DNA from: Saccostrea cucullata
Taxonomy: Eukaryota
Reading direction: 5' to 3'
Length of the DNA: 64,000 nucleotides
Assembly: GCF_032062105.1 (NCBI RefSeq)
Contig: NW_026937591.1
Coordinates: forward strand, 1 to 64,000
Part shown: positions 1 through 12,100 of the stretch, in pieces
How the letters are laid out: the number at the start of each line of letters is the position of its first letter
How positions within the stretch are numbered: position 1 is the first letter of the stretch
Program-made: the position numbers and the translations under genes
Notes under the pieces: generated by a model
Database searches by the model: none
Told to the model about the DNA's origin: nothing
The model's input: only the letters and a program-made list of their open reading frames with translations

Positions 1-987
1 AATAAAGAAATTTTTTTTTAAATCCTTCCAGGGTTTCTTCATTCAGACATTTTCTCTATTGTACTTCTCATGTGAAATAGTTTCCATGATATTCACAATT
101 CTAAAGTATCTTATAAGTAGCAAGTATTATGGAACTTTAAGCATCCGAATTATGCATTTATGCAAAATATTTTTTCAAAGGCCAAAATGGACTTTGAAAA
201 ACGTATACCATGAAGTGATATACGAGAGGTCGCTTTAATAATAGAAATCAAGAAGGGTCATATTGAGAATGTTACCAATATGACGACTATGGACAATAAT
301 TATAATGAAACTTTTTCCTTAATATGCGTTACTATATTGCCTCATGAAATGTCTCATGTACCTCATTTCAATTTGTTTCTTTTTTTTCTTTAAGAGATAG
401 TTATGATATTGCTAACTGCTATTTGCAAAAGATGCGATCGATAAGTTTCATTAAAGAATGTAAGCATGGAATGATCTCATCTTGCATTCGCAACATTAAA
501 ATGAAATAAGTAAATGCTAACTGGTTGTTAATATTTTAAATTTTTTTTTGTACATAGAAATGACTTTATTCCATATAATCAAGTCAATCTTTTAACCAAA
601 ATGAATTTCTTACAACTTTTTCAACACAATGAAATTCCACTCAATATTGCTTAAGTTGTTTAAATAATAAAATCCGTTCTTTGGTTACTAGTAAAGGGTT
701 TATTGCCGCAGTGGATGCAAAAGAAATCATAATCCTCGTAAGGGGGTTTTGTAATTTTTTTATGCAATAGCTTCGAAGTTACTTTCCGTGCTAACAAACA
801 AAGAATGACATTTGATTGTTCATTTTTACATCTGTATGAATAGACCTTCAAAGTAAAATTAAAAATTGTATTATAAATGAATACGTCACTGTATGCAAAA
901 AATTGAACAAACATTTTTCAAGAAATCTATGCATGTGGCTGCTAAGTATCGGTAGTCCACTGATTAATGATAATGGTCTTCATAAGA

Positions 988-1292
988 AACTGGAGGTACT
1001 GTGAGCAATGAGCTCACTAAATTATACCCCCGCCTCCCATATGAATATAATGGCAGTGTCCATGTTTTGCTCTGAGAAATCAAAAATATATGTCAGATAA
1101 AAAAGTAAAATATGAGGAGCACAATGACAATATTTAATTAAGAATCTGTGAAAGTTTCATTAAATTTCCTTCAGTGGTATGTGAGGAGTTGCGGATAGGA
1201 GATATGTACCCCAAAGCGTAACAGACGGACGGACGGACGGAAATACCGATTACTATATATCCTCCCACTTTCCAAACGGGTGGTATAATAAA
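988..1292 (+). mobile_element. Non-autonomous Helentron (HINE)-like element, short family, copy 1
   Basis: Starts AAACTGGAGGTACTGTGAGC. Has a subterminal inverted motif (ATACCCCC..GGTAT), an (ACGG)n microsatellite and a 3' stem-loop before an A-rich end. Similar copy at 1681. Confidence 0.75.
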
Positions 1293-1680
1293 GGAGAAAT
1301 AGTCAGTGGATGTACATGTAAATATACCATAGTGACCTAAGAAAAATGTAATGCTTATGGAGATATATCTTTAATATAACATTTAAATATATATACGTAT
1401 ATTCAAAAAGGCACACTCTTTTCATCGACCATAAAATTTCTTTGTTGCAATTTTTTTTTACTTTTCCTTTATTTTATCATAGTATCCTACATTATCGACA
1501 TTCATTCAAGATAAATAGAATTACCACTTTTCTTTTTCAAACAGAAGTTTTTATTTAGTTTGTAAATGCTTCCGGGCGTCCTAGTTTCTTTTTATAGATC
1601 AACTTTTACAGATTGTTTCAAGGAAAAAAATAATACGAATTCAAACAACTTCAAATAATTGGGGTTTTGGAAAATAAATG

Positions 1681-1998
1681 AAACTAGAGGTACTGTGAGC
1701 GATGAGCTCACTAAATGATACCCCCGCCTCCATATAGTTTTAATGGCAAAGTCCATGTTTTGCTGTGGCCGGAAAACCCAAAATATGTGTCAGATCAAAA
1801 AGTAAAATAGGAGGTCACAATGGCAAGATGTAATAAAGATTCTATGAAAGTTTCATCAAATTTCATTCAGTGGTATGAGAGGAGTTGCGGATAAGAGATG
1901 GGTACCACAAAGCGTAACAGACGGACGGACGTACAGACGGACGGACGGAATTAACGATTACTATATACCCTCCCGCTTTTCAAGGTGGGGTATAATAA
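1681..1998 (+). mobile_element. HINE-like element, short family, copy 2
   Basis: Same 5' end, (GACG)n microsatellite and 3' hairpin TATACCCTCCCGC...GTGGGGTATA as 988-1292. Confidence 0.75.
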
Positions 1999-3903
1999 TT
2001 TTGTTCAGGCGTTTTCAATCTTTGTTATAAGGTACTGATCAACGTATAAATAACAACTTTGGAAAAACATCTAGATCTTTTTTTAAGAATAATTGTATGT
2101 CAGAAAAAAAACTCATTTAAAAGTTTCACGAAATAATAATGGCTGTCGAAAACTCTAATTTAAATAATGTGTGTGGGTTTCTTTTTTAAATATTATAACT
2201 ATTTCCGATTTACTGATTTGAAACTATAAATGATTGCTACCAATTATAAGCAATTATAAGCAGTATTTTTTCTTACAACAGTAGACCAATGAAGAAATTT
2301 ACATGTACACCAAACAAATGATAGAATAATCTTTATATTGCAACTTATTTCAAATACCCCGATATATTAAGTAAAAATCTTAACAAATGAAAAGACAGTA
2401 AACTTATTTATGAAATTAAACATCAAACACGGACCTCTAGAACATTCAGAGACGGGATGTGATGCCATTAAAGAGTAGACATCCCCGGTTGACCGTTTAC
2501 ACCGGCGCCTTACCCTTAACATGATTTGTCGAACGAGAAAAAATTGAAATTTCTGTACTAAAGACCCAATAATGTTTTTTTTTTAAAACGCCTGTCAATT
2601 TCGACTAAATGATACATAAGATATTTTCCTTATTTAACACAAGTTATTGTATCGATCATAGAATAGCGAAATATAAGTAAAGACTTTTAACGATTTTGGC
2701 CATTTCCTTATTTCATCAACCTCTTTTCAAAAGCTTACGGTTGTCTCTTTTTTTTTTTTTTTGAAAATATTGAATTTAAAAATGTAAAAAGAGTGCTGAG
2801 AATTCTTTGCAAAGATCCTTTTCAACACTATATGATCCAGATCTTTTTAAAAACACTAAGATCATGATTAAACATAATTTCATAATAAAAATCCGTAATT
2901 ATGTGAAATATTCATTTTAAAATGTCCATTTTAACCATTGCCGTGTTGGCAAATTATGAATTCATCAATCAGCCACAGATTCTATAATTAACTTTTTGAT
3001 TTACATCAAATTGGAATTTAGGCCTCAATTCTGTAATTATTTTAATAATTTATCATAATTATCTTCTTGTAATTACATGTATTTTATTTATCCAACCATC
3101 CATGCATTCATCTCAATATTTAAACTTGCATCCAATAATTTACCAGAGTATTAAATTCTGTGCAATGTAAATACAATTTTTTTATGTTCATTGTGTGTTA
3201 TATTTTTTGATTTGTATTGCAGTGATACATTAAGAATTTATTATACTAAGTAATCCTTTTGCCTGTTTGCTTACCATAATAGTAGTGTGGGCGGGGAAAG
3301 GGGCTTCGAGACCAAAAAATCATCTTATCTAAAACTCGAAGATCTTATCTGATATGTGTGGGGGTGGGGGTCGGAATTTCAAAAATCATTTTCTATATAT
3401 ACATATAAGAAATTATGGTTGAAATACTGATCCCATATGTCAGTAAATGTTAGTGTTTTGAATGCAAACATGTTGTATATAATTGAGTTCAATTTTGAGA
3501 TTATTTAGTAAAGAAATTCAAAAAACATATACATGTGAATAAAGAAATTTGTTTTATTTTCGGATACTAAAATACCTGAACATGATTTATTATTAATTAT
3601 TATTAAGAGTGTATACATTATTATTTTCGTCTATGTAAAAATAACATGCGCCACAAACACAAAATTCAAACTCAGAAAACGCAATTCAGATGTTTTAAAA
3701 TCAATATCTGAAAGTCAGCACTTGTAAAGTGGCATTTAAATTTATTAAATAAATCAATTAAATTAAATATGAAAAAAAAATAAAAAGTCATCCCATTTTG
3801 TTATTTTTATAAGCATAAGAGATGTTATATTCATGATTCAATAAATAAATGTTTAAATTTATGAATATGCTGAATCAAAAGATCGGCAACTCTCGACTAA
3901 CCT

Positions 3904-3961
3904 TATATAACCCGGATGTTTAACCGTAGTTTACATGCATTTGTTTGCCAAAGGACGAAAG
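3904..3961 (+). promoter_or_regulatory. Putative TATA box and short, probably non-coding, first exon of BTB gene A
   Basis: TATATAA at 3904 and strong donor AAG|GTAAGC at 3961/3962. The block is conserved upstream of BTB gene B (45635-45690). Confidence 0.5.
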
Positions 3962-4456
3962 GTAAGCCTTTTAAACAAAACTTTTTGTGTATTTTTATGA
4001 GAGTGATTATTTAACATTGGCTTCACAATTGAGATATATCAACTTGTTGAGAAAATAGAAAATGATCTATCCCAGTTCCTTTGTAATATTTTCAAGTTTA
4101 ATTTAATTCATTAAAAGTTTATAAATGATTTTTTTAAGAGGCAAGCGCAACCTACTTCCTGTTACGTATCATTAATCTTTAGGGTGAAAATATGCATGTT
4201 ATTGAATATTACTTTTTGTATTGGTAAATACTTTTTCCATTTTTTTTTCATTACTTATTTTTTTACTTTCGTTTTTAATTCAATGTTTTAACTACGGAAA
4301 CCATTAGAGATATTTGAAAGACGACAACTATCATTTCTTATTGATAATTATATAGGGAAAAATGTTTTCATGTAGATCGAAAACTTTACATAGTAATAAA
4401 AATATCATTTGAATACTAGTATATTCATTAGAATAATTACATGAAGGAATTAATTG

Positions 4457-5751
4457 AACAAGATGTGTTTGTGAAACACTGATGCCCCCGTATGGCAACA
4501 TAGTGAAGATTAAACTTTTCTTAGATGCAAAGTTAATATATTGGTACCGAAAGTGGGGTCTCCTAACTGGAAAAACAATTGTATTGTAAGCCCTATCTGT
4601 TCCCAAGTAATGGCCAAGCTGACGTTTTTTCATAAGTACATAAATTCTCAAGATCAAGGTCATAAGGTCAAGGTTATTGGTATCCAATGAAAGATCTTTG
4701 CACAAAGATCATATATTTGAAGTATGGAAGCCCTAGCCCTAACCATTTTAAAGTTTTGGCCAAGGTTAAAAAAATTTTATAGTACGTTAAACTCCAAGGT
4801 CAAGGTCAGAAGGTCAAGGTTATTGGTCTTCGATGAAAGGTCTTGTCACACGAATTACATATGTGAAGTATGAAAGCCCTAGCCTTTATTCTTCAAACGT
4901 TATTGCCAAGGTTAATGTTTTTTCAAAAGTCCGGAAATCTCCAAGGTCAAGGTCAAAAGGTCAAGGTTATTGGTATCTAATAAATGCTCTTGCTACAAAA
5001 AATACATATATGAAGTATGGAAGCTCTAGCCCTAGCCGTTCAAAAGTTATGGCCAAGGTTAAGATTTTTTAAAAGTAGGTCAAACTCTAAGGTCAAGGTC
5101 AAAAGGTCAAAGGTCTCAATATCAAATGAAATGTCTTGTCACGAGGATTAAATATGTAAAGTATGAAAGCATTAGCTCTTATCCTTTAAAAAATATGGTC
5201 AAGGTTTGTTTTTGAAAGTAGGTCAAACTCTAAGGTCAAGGTCAAAAGGACAAAGCTCTTGGTATCCTTTGAAGCATCTTCTTACAAGGGTTACATAATT
5301 ATGTTATGTATGGAAGTTCTAGCTCTTACCGTTCAAAAGTTATTTCCAATGTTAAAGTTTTTTTCATTAGTACGTAAATCTCCTAGGTCAAACGGTCCAG
5401 GTTGGTGGTTTCCTGTGAAAGGTCTTGCCACAAGGAATATATATGTGAAGTATAAATGTCCTGGTTTCTGTTGTTCAAAAGTTATGGCCCAAGTAAAACT
5501 TTGAATTTTTTGTGTAAAAGTGGATCAAATTCCAAGGTCAAGGTCAAAAGGTCAAATTTTGTTGTTACCCAAAGAAAGTTCATGTCTCAAGGAATACACA
5601 TGTGAAAAATGAAGAGTCAAAGCTCCACTAAATCAAAAGTTATGGACAAGGTTAAAGTTTTTTTGGACAAACAGACAAACAGAGATACAAACAGACAGAC
5701 AGACACGACAAAAACTATATCCCCGAAACTTCGTTTAAGGGGGCATAAAAA
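4457..5751 (+). mobile_element. HINE/Helentron non-autonomous element with internal ~146-bp tandem array (~7 units)
   Basis: 5' AACAAGATGTGTTTGTGAAACAC..GATGCCCCC. Repeated CAAGGTCAAGGTCAAAAGGTCAA units at about 4655, 4800, 4942, 5088, 5232, 5383 and 5534. (ACAG)n microsatellite and terminal hairpin ending GGGGGCATAAAA. Confidence 0.85.
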
Positions 5752-5920
5752 TAATTTAGCAATACTCCTTTTGTTGTAAAATCATTTTTAAATAATAATA
5801 TCACTCTTGATCCTGAAAAAATCACATACCATGAACACAGGGAGGGTAAAAACTGGTGAAGAAAGCTTTTCCATGTCCCTCTGTATTGAATCCGTCATCG
5901 TATAAAAAACACTAACACAA

Positions 5921-6649
5921 CGCAAGTGAGTTAAGGCTACATATGGTGTTTTTAATGCAAAATATCTAGTTAAAACCTGTAATTGCTTCACAGTACGCAC
6001 AGAAAATGCTAAGACTTGTTTTCTTATACATTCTTGGTACCCACGATATGCTATAGCCTGTACACATTATGACGTCATATTATGACGTCATCAACCTTTA
6101 CTACACAAGTTTATAAGAAATATCAACAAAATCGCTTCGGCGCAAGGGCATACATTACTTTGTTTTACAGAAACAAGGTATAAAGGGAAGCAGAATATTC
6201 CAAGGATGTAAGATATTGCTGCGCATATGTCGAAACTGCGATTGTTAAGTCACTTTTCTTACAGTACTAAGTTGAAACGGGGTAAAAATGAGCAGTCAAG
6301 TGTAAGATAAGTAAATTTTTTATCGTTTGAAGAAGAGTATAGGATTTGTGCAGCAATTTTATTACTTTTAGGAACATTCTCTTTACCATTATACATTATT
6401 TATTTTAAATTAAATAAGATATGCCCTTGCGCCGACGTTGTTTTTTTATGTGTTTTATTGCCTTCAATGGGAAAGAACTATGACGTCATAATATGACGTC
6501 ATAATGTGCACTTGCAATAATATACTGTCGGTACTAAGTATATATACGAAAATCAATTTGAACATTTTCTGTACATAAAATACACAATTTATGCATTTTT
6601 ACTAGCTCATTTGCATAGAAAACCCATAATTAGCCTTAACTCACTTGCG
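5921..6649. mobile_element. Fold-back MITE, CGCA-terminus family, 2-bp TSD (AA)
   Basis: Perfect 19-bp TIR CGCAAGTGAGTTAAGGCTA / TAGCCTTAACTCACTTGCG plus long internal inverted segments. Second copy at 30233-32347. Confidence 0.85.
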
Positions 6650-7171
6650 AATCTTGCAATAAAATTGTTTGAAACATGTCAGTCAAGTCATTATCAAATA
6701 CAAATTTGGTCATTATAACGCAAATTAATTAACAAAATACACATAATGAAGAATATTGTTATAAACCCTTTAACATCTACTTATTTGAATGTGCTGGACT
6801 GAGTTATTAAAAATAGACATACCAAGAACGTTTATTTTCAAATCGAATGAGTTGAGATAAATATAGTGTAGTGAAGAGTTTGCTTTCAACTTAAGCAATG
6901 CTAAGGAATGCTAAAAGACAATCTTAATATTTTTAAATCGTTTATATTATATATGAAGAGCATTAATGAACCTTGAAATTATACATACGAAATATATAAT
7001 AGTGTGGGGACACATGTTTGAATATTTTTTATTTTGTCTAAATAAATCTTATTTTATGATAAAAATGGTTTTAATTTATAGCGAAATGTCCTTATTGTTT
7101 TAAAAATGCCATAAAAAGGTTAAATTAAAATTTGAAAAAAAAATCGTTATCATTTATTGTGCTATTTGCAG

Positions 7172-8761
7172 ATGACAGAAGTCAAGACTTCGAAAAACTG
7201 GCGTTCTGGCCTCAGTGTTGCTGATTGTAACAGATACATGCTTGAAAACGAGATCCATTGTGACGTATTATTTAGAGTGGGAAAAGAAGAAAAGCTTGTA
7301 CGCGCTCATAAGTATGTTCTAGCGAGCAGAAGTCCCGTGTTTGACGCCATGTTTTATGGTGACCTGGCGGAAGCTAAGGAAATTAAAATTCCTGACATTG
7401 AACCACCTTCGTTTGATGTTCTTCTCAGGTAGATAAAAATGTTTTTTATTTGTCCTTTTCTGTGGTGCGTCTTATTGATTTTAATGATATTTAAACAACC
7501 TTTCTCCTTTTCTGTCAGGCCACTCCTACGCAGACATTGAACCTAGTAAAAGCATTATCACAATGGATTTTGATTGATAAATTGAATGGCAAACGCCTTT
7601 TAATAAGCATTTCGTCGTCATCTCTTTTTTATAGTAATATCGTTCGTTTTTAACACATTTATCTTGTTTTACCTTGTACTGACCTAAATAAAATTTCGTT
7701 TAGTAGCTAGGAAAAGATTTTTGTTCAATTTATGAAATATATCTCCTACAATATAGTAGGTTTTAAGTCATGAATACATGTAACTAGATTACCAAGACCA
7801 TAATGCATTTAGAAATAAAATTATATCGACTTTTATCTCTTACACTAATAAATGTTTGACTTTTGTGATTAAAAGTATATGCAAGTATCTTTCCCATATG
7901 AGCTCAACCAAAAACAAAATTGATTCCTTTAAGCCAAAGATGATTAAAATTCACCGTTTAATGATTACTGCAAAATGTATTTGAAATTTTCATTTTGTTT
8001 TATTAAAATCAAAATGTATTTATGCAAGCATTTCTTTCCCATTAAATTGCAGATTTGTGTATTGTGGCGAAGTAGAGGTAAATAAAGAAACTGCCATCGG
8101 AGCGCTCTACGCTGCTGAGAAATACGATATTGAGGCGTTGAAAAAAGCGACGATATCATACTTAAAAAGTAACATAACAACGGAGACTGTTTGTACATTT
8201 TTGGAAAATGCCAAGTTATTTCACTTAGAACGTCTGACTAAAAAATGTATAGAATTTATAAATGAAAAGTGCTCAATCATTTTACAATTACCGATTTCCT
8301 TACAGATAAGTAAGGACACCTTAATGGAAATTTTATCCTCAGACAACCTAGATATTGAGGAGTTGAAAGTTTATCATTTTCTGATAAGTTGGGGTGAAGG
8401 CCAGTGTGAGCTCAAAGGTTATGAGAGGTCGGATGAAAATATCAGAAATCAGATAGGAGATGCCTTGTATCAAGTCCGTTTCCAGTTCATGGATCTAGAT
8501 ACATTTGTTAAAAACGTTTGCAGACGCAACATACTTACTTCGAAAGACAAATTAATTTTGCAGCAAGTGATTGTTGGGAACCTGGAGAAAGAAAGCACCA
8601 AATTCAATCTCGGAAAGCGAAAACCTGCATTGAAGACCTACAATGTTATACGTAGAAGTAGCCCCCTTAAAGGTTCGTATTCCGAATATACAGGACGTCG
8701 TCAGGATCGTCAGACATTCTCTCCATGGGGATTTCACGTGAAGAAGGCTTCCTGGCCCTGA
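7172..8761 (+). CDS. BTB-BACK protein (BTBD3/BTBD6-like), copy A; join(7172..7428,8053..8761), ~321 aa; PHR domain lost
   Basis: BTB motifs CDVLFRVG, AHKYVLASRSPVFDAMF and LLRFVYCG joined across a phase-2 GT-AG intron. BACK domain follows (ALYAAEKY, EELKVYHFLISW, VRF). Stop-interrupted PHR remnants continue to ~9063. Confidence 0.8.
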
Positions 8762-11136
8762 TACATATAAAATTGAACATTGATTAAATTTGATTAGAAT
8801 AGTAAATATACCTTCACAGAATGAAACACAAGGGATATCCAGTTCAATATTGTATTACAATAATCTATACTTTAAACTCCCAACAACAAATATAAGCTGG
8901 GCGTGACGCTTTAGGGATCATCAACCTGGAAAGGAACATTTTATAAACAATTTATTTCTGAACAAGGTTTTCAATTTGATTTTTTCTTCGACATGATGGA
9001 GAAAATAATGGAAGTTTAGATTCCGGTGGATAATTTCCTGGGTTTATTTTTTCATTGCAATAATAAAAATACATGAAAAAATTTATTTAATTTTATTTCT
9101 TTTTTTTCAAGAAAAAAAGACGGATATTTATATTTCTATATATTTTTGAAAAAAAAACTACAGTATTAAAACATCTCATTTTTCATTATTTTCTCCAAAT
9201 ATAATACGACCTCAAAGTTTCATTTATAATTTTATAACAAAACATATAATCACCTCTAACATAAATACGACCACTGTGGTTAGACATCACCTATTTAAGC
9301 AAGAATATTGAGATTTTTCAACTGAAACATATTTTGTGTTACATATGTTTATTCATAATAAATTAATAATAAATAATAAAAAGTTCAATTTAATAAAAAT
9401 GAGACAACAAAAACAATCCATGTCTAAAACTTAATGAATTACGTAAACAGGTTATTCTTTTTTTTTGATTTTCAGTTATGCATAAATGTAAAATTCTGAA
9501 ATCGTTCCGCACATAAAAAACATTGTTGAGTTTTAATATGAAACATGAGATTTTTTGTGGAAAGGAAGGACAATAAAGTTTGGTGGAAAAAATGATTTAA
9601 AAAATCAGAAATTATTATGTGTCCATTAAGCAATGACCCTGATTGTAAATGTAATAATACACTTTGATCAGGTGAAAATTTCATCACCCCTTTGATCTAA
9701 ATAGATAAATGTGTGTCTTATGTGATCCAAATATACTATATGTGTACATGCATTACTTTTTTTCTTCGTAATCACATGTGCATTTTAAACGAAGGAAGTT
9801 TTATCAATTCACAATATTCATTTTCTTTCCTATATATATTGTTTAAAATAGCGGTTTAATAATAGAAATCAGAAGGGTCATATCGAAAATTTAACCTTTA
9901 TTCCGACTATAGACAATTATTGTGAAGAACTTTCCTTCTTAATATCTGCTTTACCATATTGCCCAAAGGAACGTCCTATGTACCTCATTTCAATTTGTCT
10001 CCCAAACGTGTATCGTTTATGAGATAATTTGATAATTGTAAAGTACAAGATCTTATTCAAAATGTATATTCACTAGATGTATAAACCTGTGAAATAGGAC
10101 GTTATTCATGCATTACATACTAATCAATTTTAATTGACGATTGGACCTGTTTGCTTCAATACTTATTCGGCAATAAAGAAATTTCATGATAAATTAAAGA
10201 ATAAATTTATGAACAAAAAGTGTTTCACATTGTGCAAAAAATTATCATTCTCATTTTTGTTCATTGTAAATGCCTCTATTGTCCCCCGCTTTCACAAAAG
10301 CCATGAAACATTAAATCTCATTAGTCTGTCTGTCTGTCAGTCTGCAATTCTGTCTGTCTGTCGCAAAAAAACTCTAACCTTGGTAAGGGCATACGTATTT
10401 GACATTATATGTCATAAATAATTGCATCTCATCCGCTATGACACCGATCGGTGGACCACAGTTCTTTGAATGAAATATATATAGATAACGACCAATATTC
10501 AAGATCAAAAGTCCGTAAAACAATACAAAATAGGAGCAGAACAAACATGGACTTCTAAAACATTAGAAGATAAGGTCAGTGGAGGAGTGGACATTTGATT
10601 GTTCAAAGTTGGTTTATTTGCTTCACATTAAATTTCTTTTAACATTTAATTTTTTCTTCACTTGATAAATACATGATATAACAATAATCATATGAATGTG
10701 TCGAACCATTATCATATCTACGTACTAATATAAGCTCATCAAATGAATTTATTACGAAAATATCATATGCTACTTTAATTGAAACGAATATTATTTGCTT
10801 TCAAAAAATTTTCAAATTAAACAATAAAAACATAGATATGAAATAGTTGGGGGAAAAACAAGATCTGACATATATTTTAAAAAAAAAACCTCCACAACAA
10901 ATTCAAAAGAATATTTTTAAATTATACATCATAAAACAAAACAAAAAGAATTAGATATTTATGCACATTTGGTATCATATCTTTTATTATAACACCTTGT
11001 TAAATGTCTAAATATTTATTTATCATAAATACAATCTATTACATAAGCTTAATGTGCAAATGACGAAGATTTCTTTTCTTTCTTTTTTTGTAACAATATA
11101 TAACCTTTGAAAATGAAGATTTTTTAATTCCATCTG

Positions 11137-11691
11137 TTAGAAGTTATTAGTAGAAAAGTTTTCAAAACGTAGCATATAGATTCTTAAAATCATGATAAAT
11201 ACAAACAAAACAAGATAAATACCCCAAAAAAATCGATCAAAGAAATAAGAAATTGAATCTGTATGTCCACCATTAACGACAGATTCCGTGGCTTTTCTAT
11301 CACACACAATACCAACGGGAAGTTCCTTTACAACTGGTCGTAGATCATACCTACCACCACATTTTGGTACCAACTGCATAACATTGTATCGTTTCTTTTC
11401 TTGCCTACATTCGCTATCTTTCTTCAATTCACATTCTGTCCTATTGAGGTTCTGTGCTTTATATATTACTCTTGGTATCCAGTTCTCGTCAACATCCGGT
11501 ATCCATACCCAAGCACAGGGACCACTTCCGGTTTTAGTGGGACATCTGTTGGCTTCAGCGATCATTTTTGAAATTCTTTCAAGAGATGACAAGGAAAACG
11601 TTATGCTTGGAGATTGCTGACCAGATACTTGTTGAATGGGATGATGAATCAATCCAGAAAGGAAGACAAAAATAATTGCTGATGTGATAAC
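11137..11691 (-). CDS. Interleukin-17-like cystine-knot protein, copy 1 (main coding exon; start exon unresolved), with C-terminal hydrophobic tail
   Basis: Acceptor TTTTTTCAG then signal-peptide-like VITSAIIFVFLSG. IL-17-like pattern PCAW..D.DENWIPRVI.KA...C...C..V.QL...C...Y......LPVG.VC. Confidence 0.72.
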   Translation of the reverse strand, partial: VITSAIIFVFLSGLIHHPIQQVSGQQSPSITFSLSSLERISKMIAEANRCPTKTGSGPCAWVWIPDVDENWIPRVIYKAQNLNRTECELKKDSECRQEKKRYNVMQLVPKCGGRYDLRPVVKELPVGIVCDRKATESVVNGGHTDSISYFFDRFFWGIYLVLFVFIMILRIYMLRFENFSTNNF

Positions 11692-11921
11692 CTGAAAAAA
11701 GGATATATATATATATATTTTTTTAATGGAATGTAATGATTCATTTATACTTCTGTTTGATAAATGCCTCTGTGAATATCCACATATCTTAATTATATTA
11801 ATCAGTTTGATTTATTATTGATCTGTTATACTAATACTTAATTTAACCGATAAACATAACAGGATTGGACTGCCTTCATAAGTCCTCTTAAAAATACTTT
11901 TAAAAAATTACAAATACTTAC

Positions 11922-12100
11922 CGAATTATGGGTTTAATTTAGCATATGAACACTCATTTAACAACTAAATTTTGCATGCACCACAGTGTATTTCGGAAAA
12001 ATATTTTGCAATTAAAGCAGCTGTATTTTAAGATATTATTTTCGTATTTCAATTACCAGTATTATTTTCAGAAAACACATTTCGTTGCTTAAAATATATA
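11922..12100 (-). promoter_or_regulatory. Putative TATA box and upstream exon of IL-17-like copy 1
   Basis: TATATATT at 12100-12093 on the - strand. Donor CG|GTAAGT at 11922/11921 is conserved in all three copies. Confidence 0.45.

Noticed and set aside
4331-5504. ORFs 4331-4705, 4833-5072 and 5259-5504
   Set aside because: They are translations of the HINE satellite array with no protein motifs.
4640-5665. Regularly spaced repeats as a CRISPR-like array
   Set aside because: Whole ~146-bp monomers are homologous, so there are no unique spacers; eukaryotic context and no cas genes.
11288-11620. Antisense ORFs over real genes (also 19191, 19530, 29196, 32410, 33224, 34168, 38572)
   Set aside because: Shadow frames of coding sequence on the other strand, with no independent motifs.
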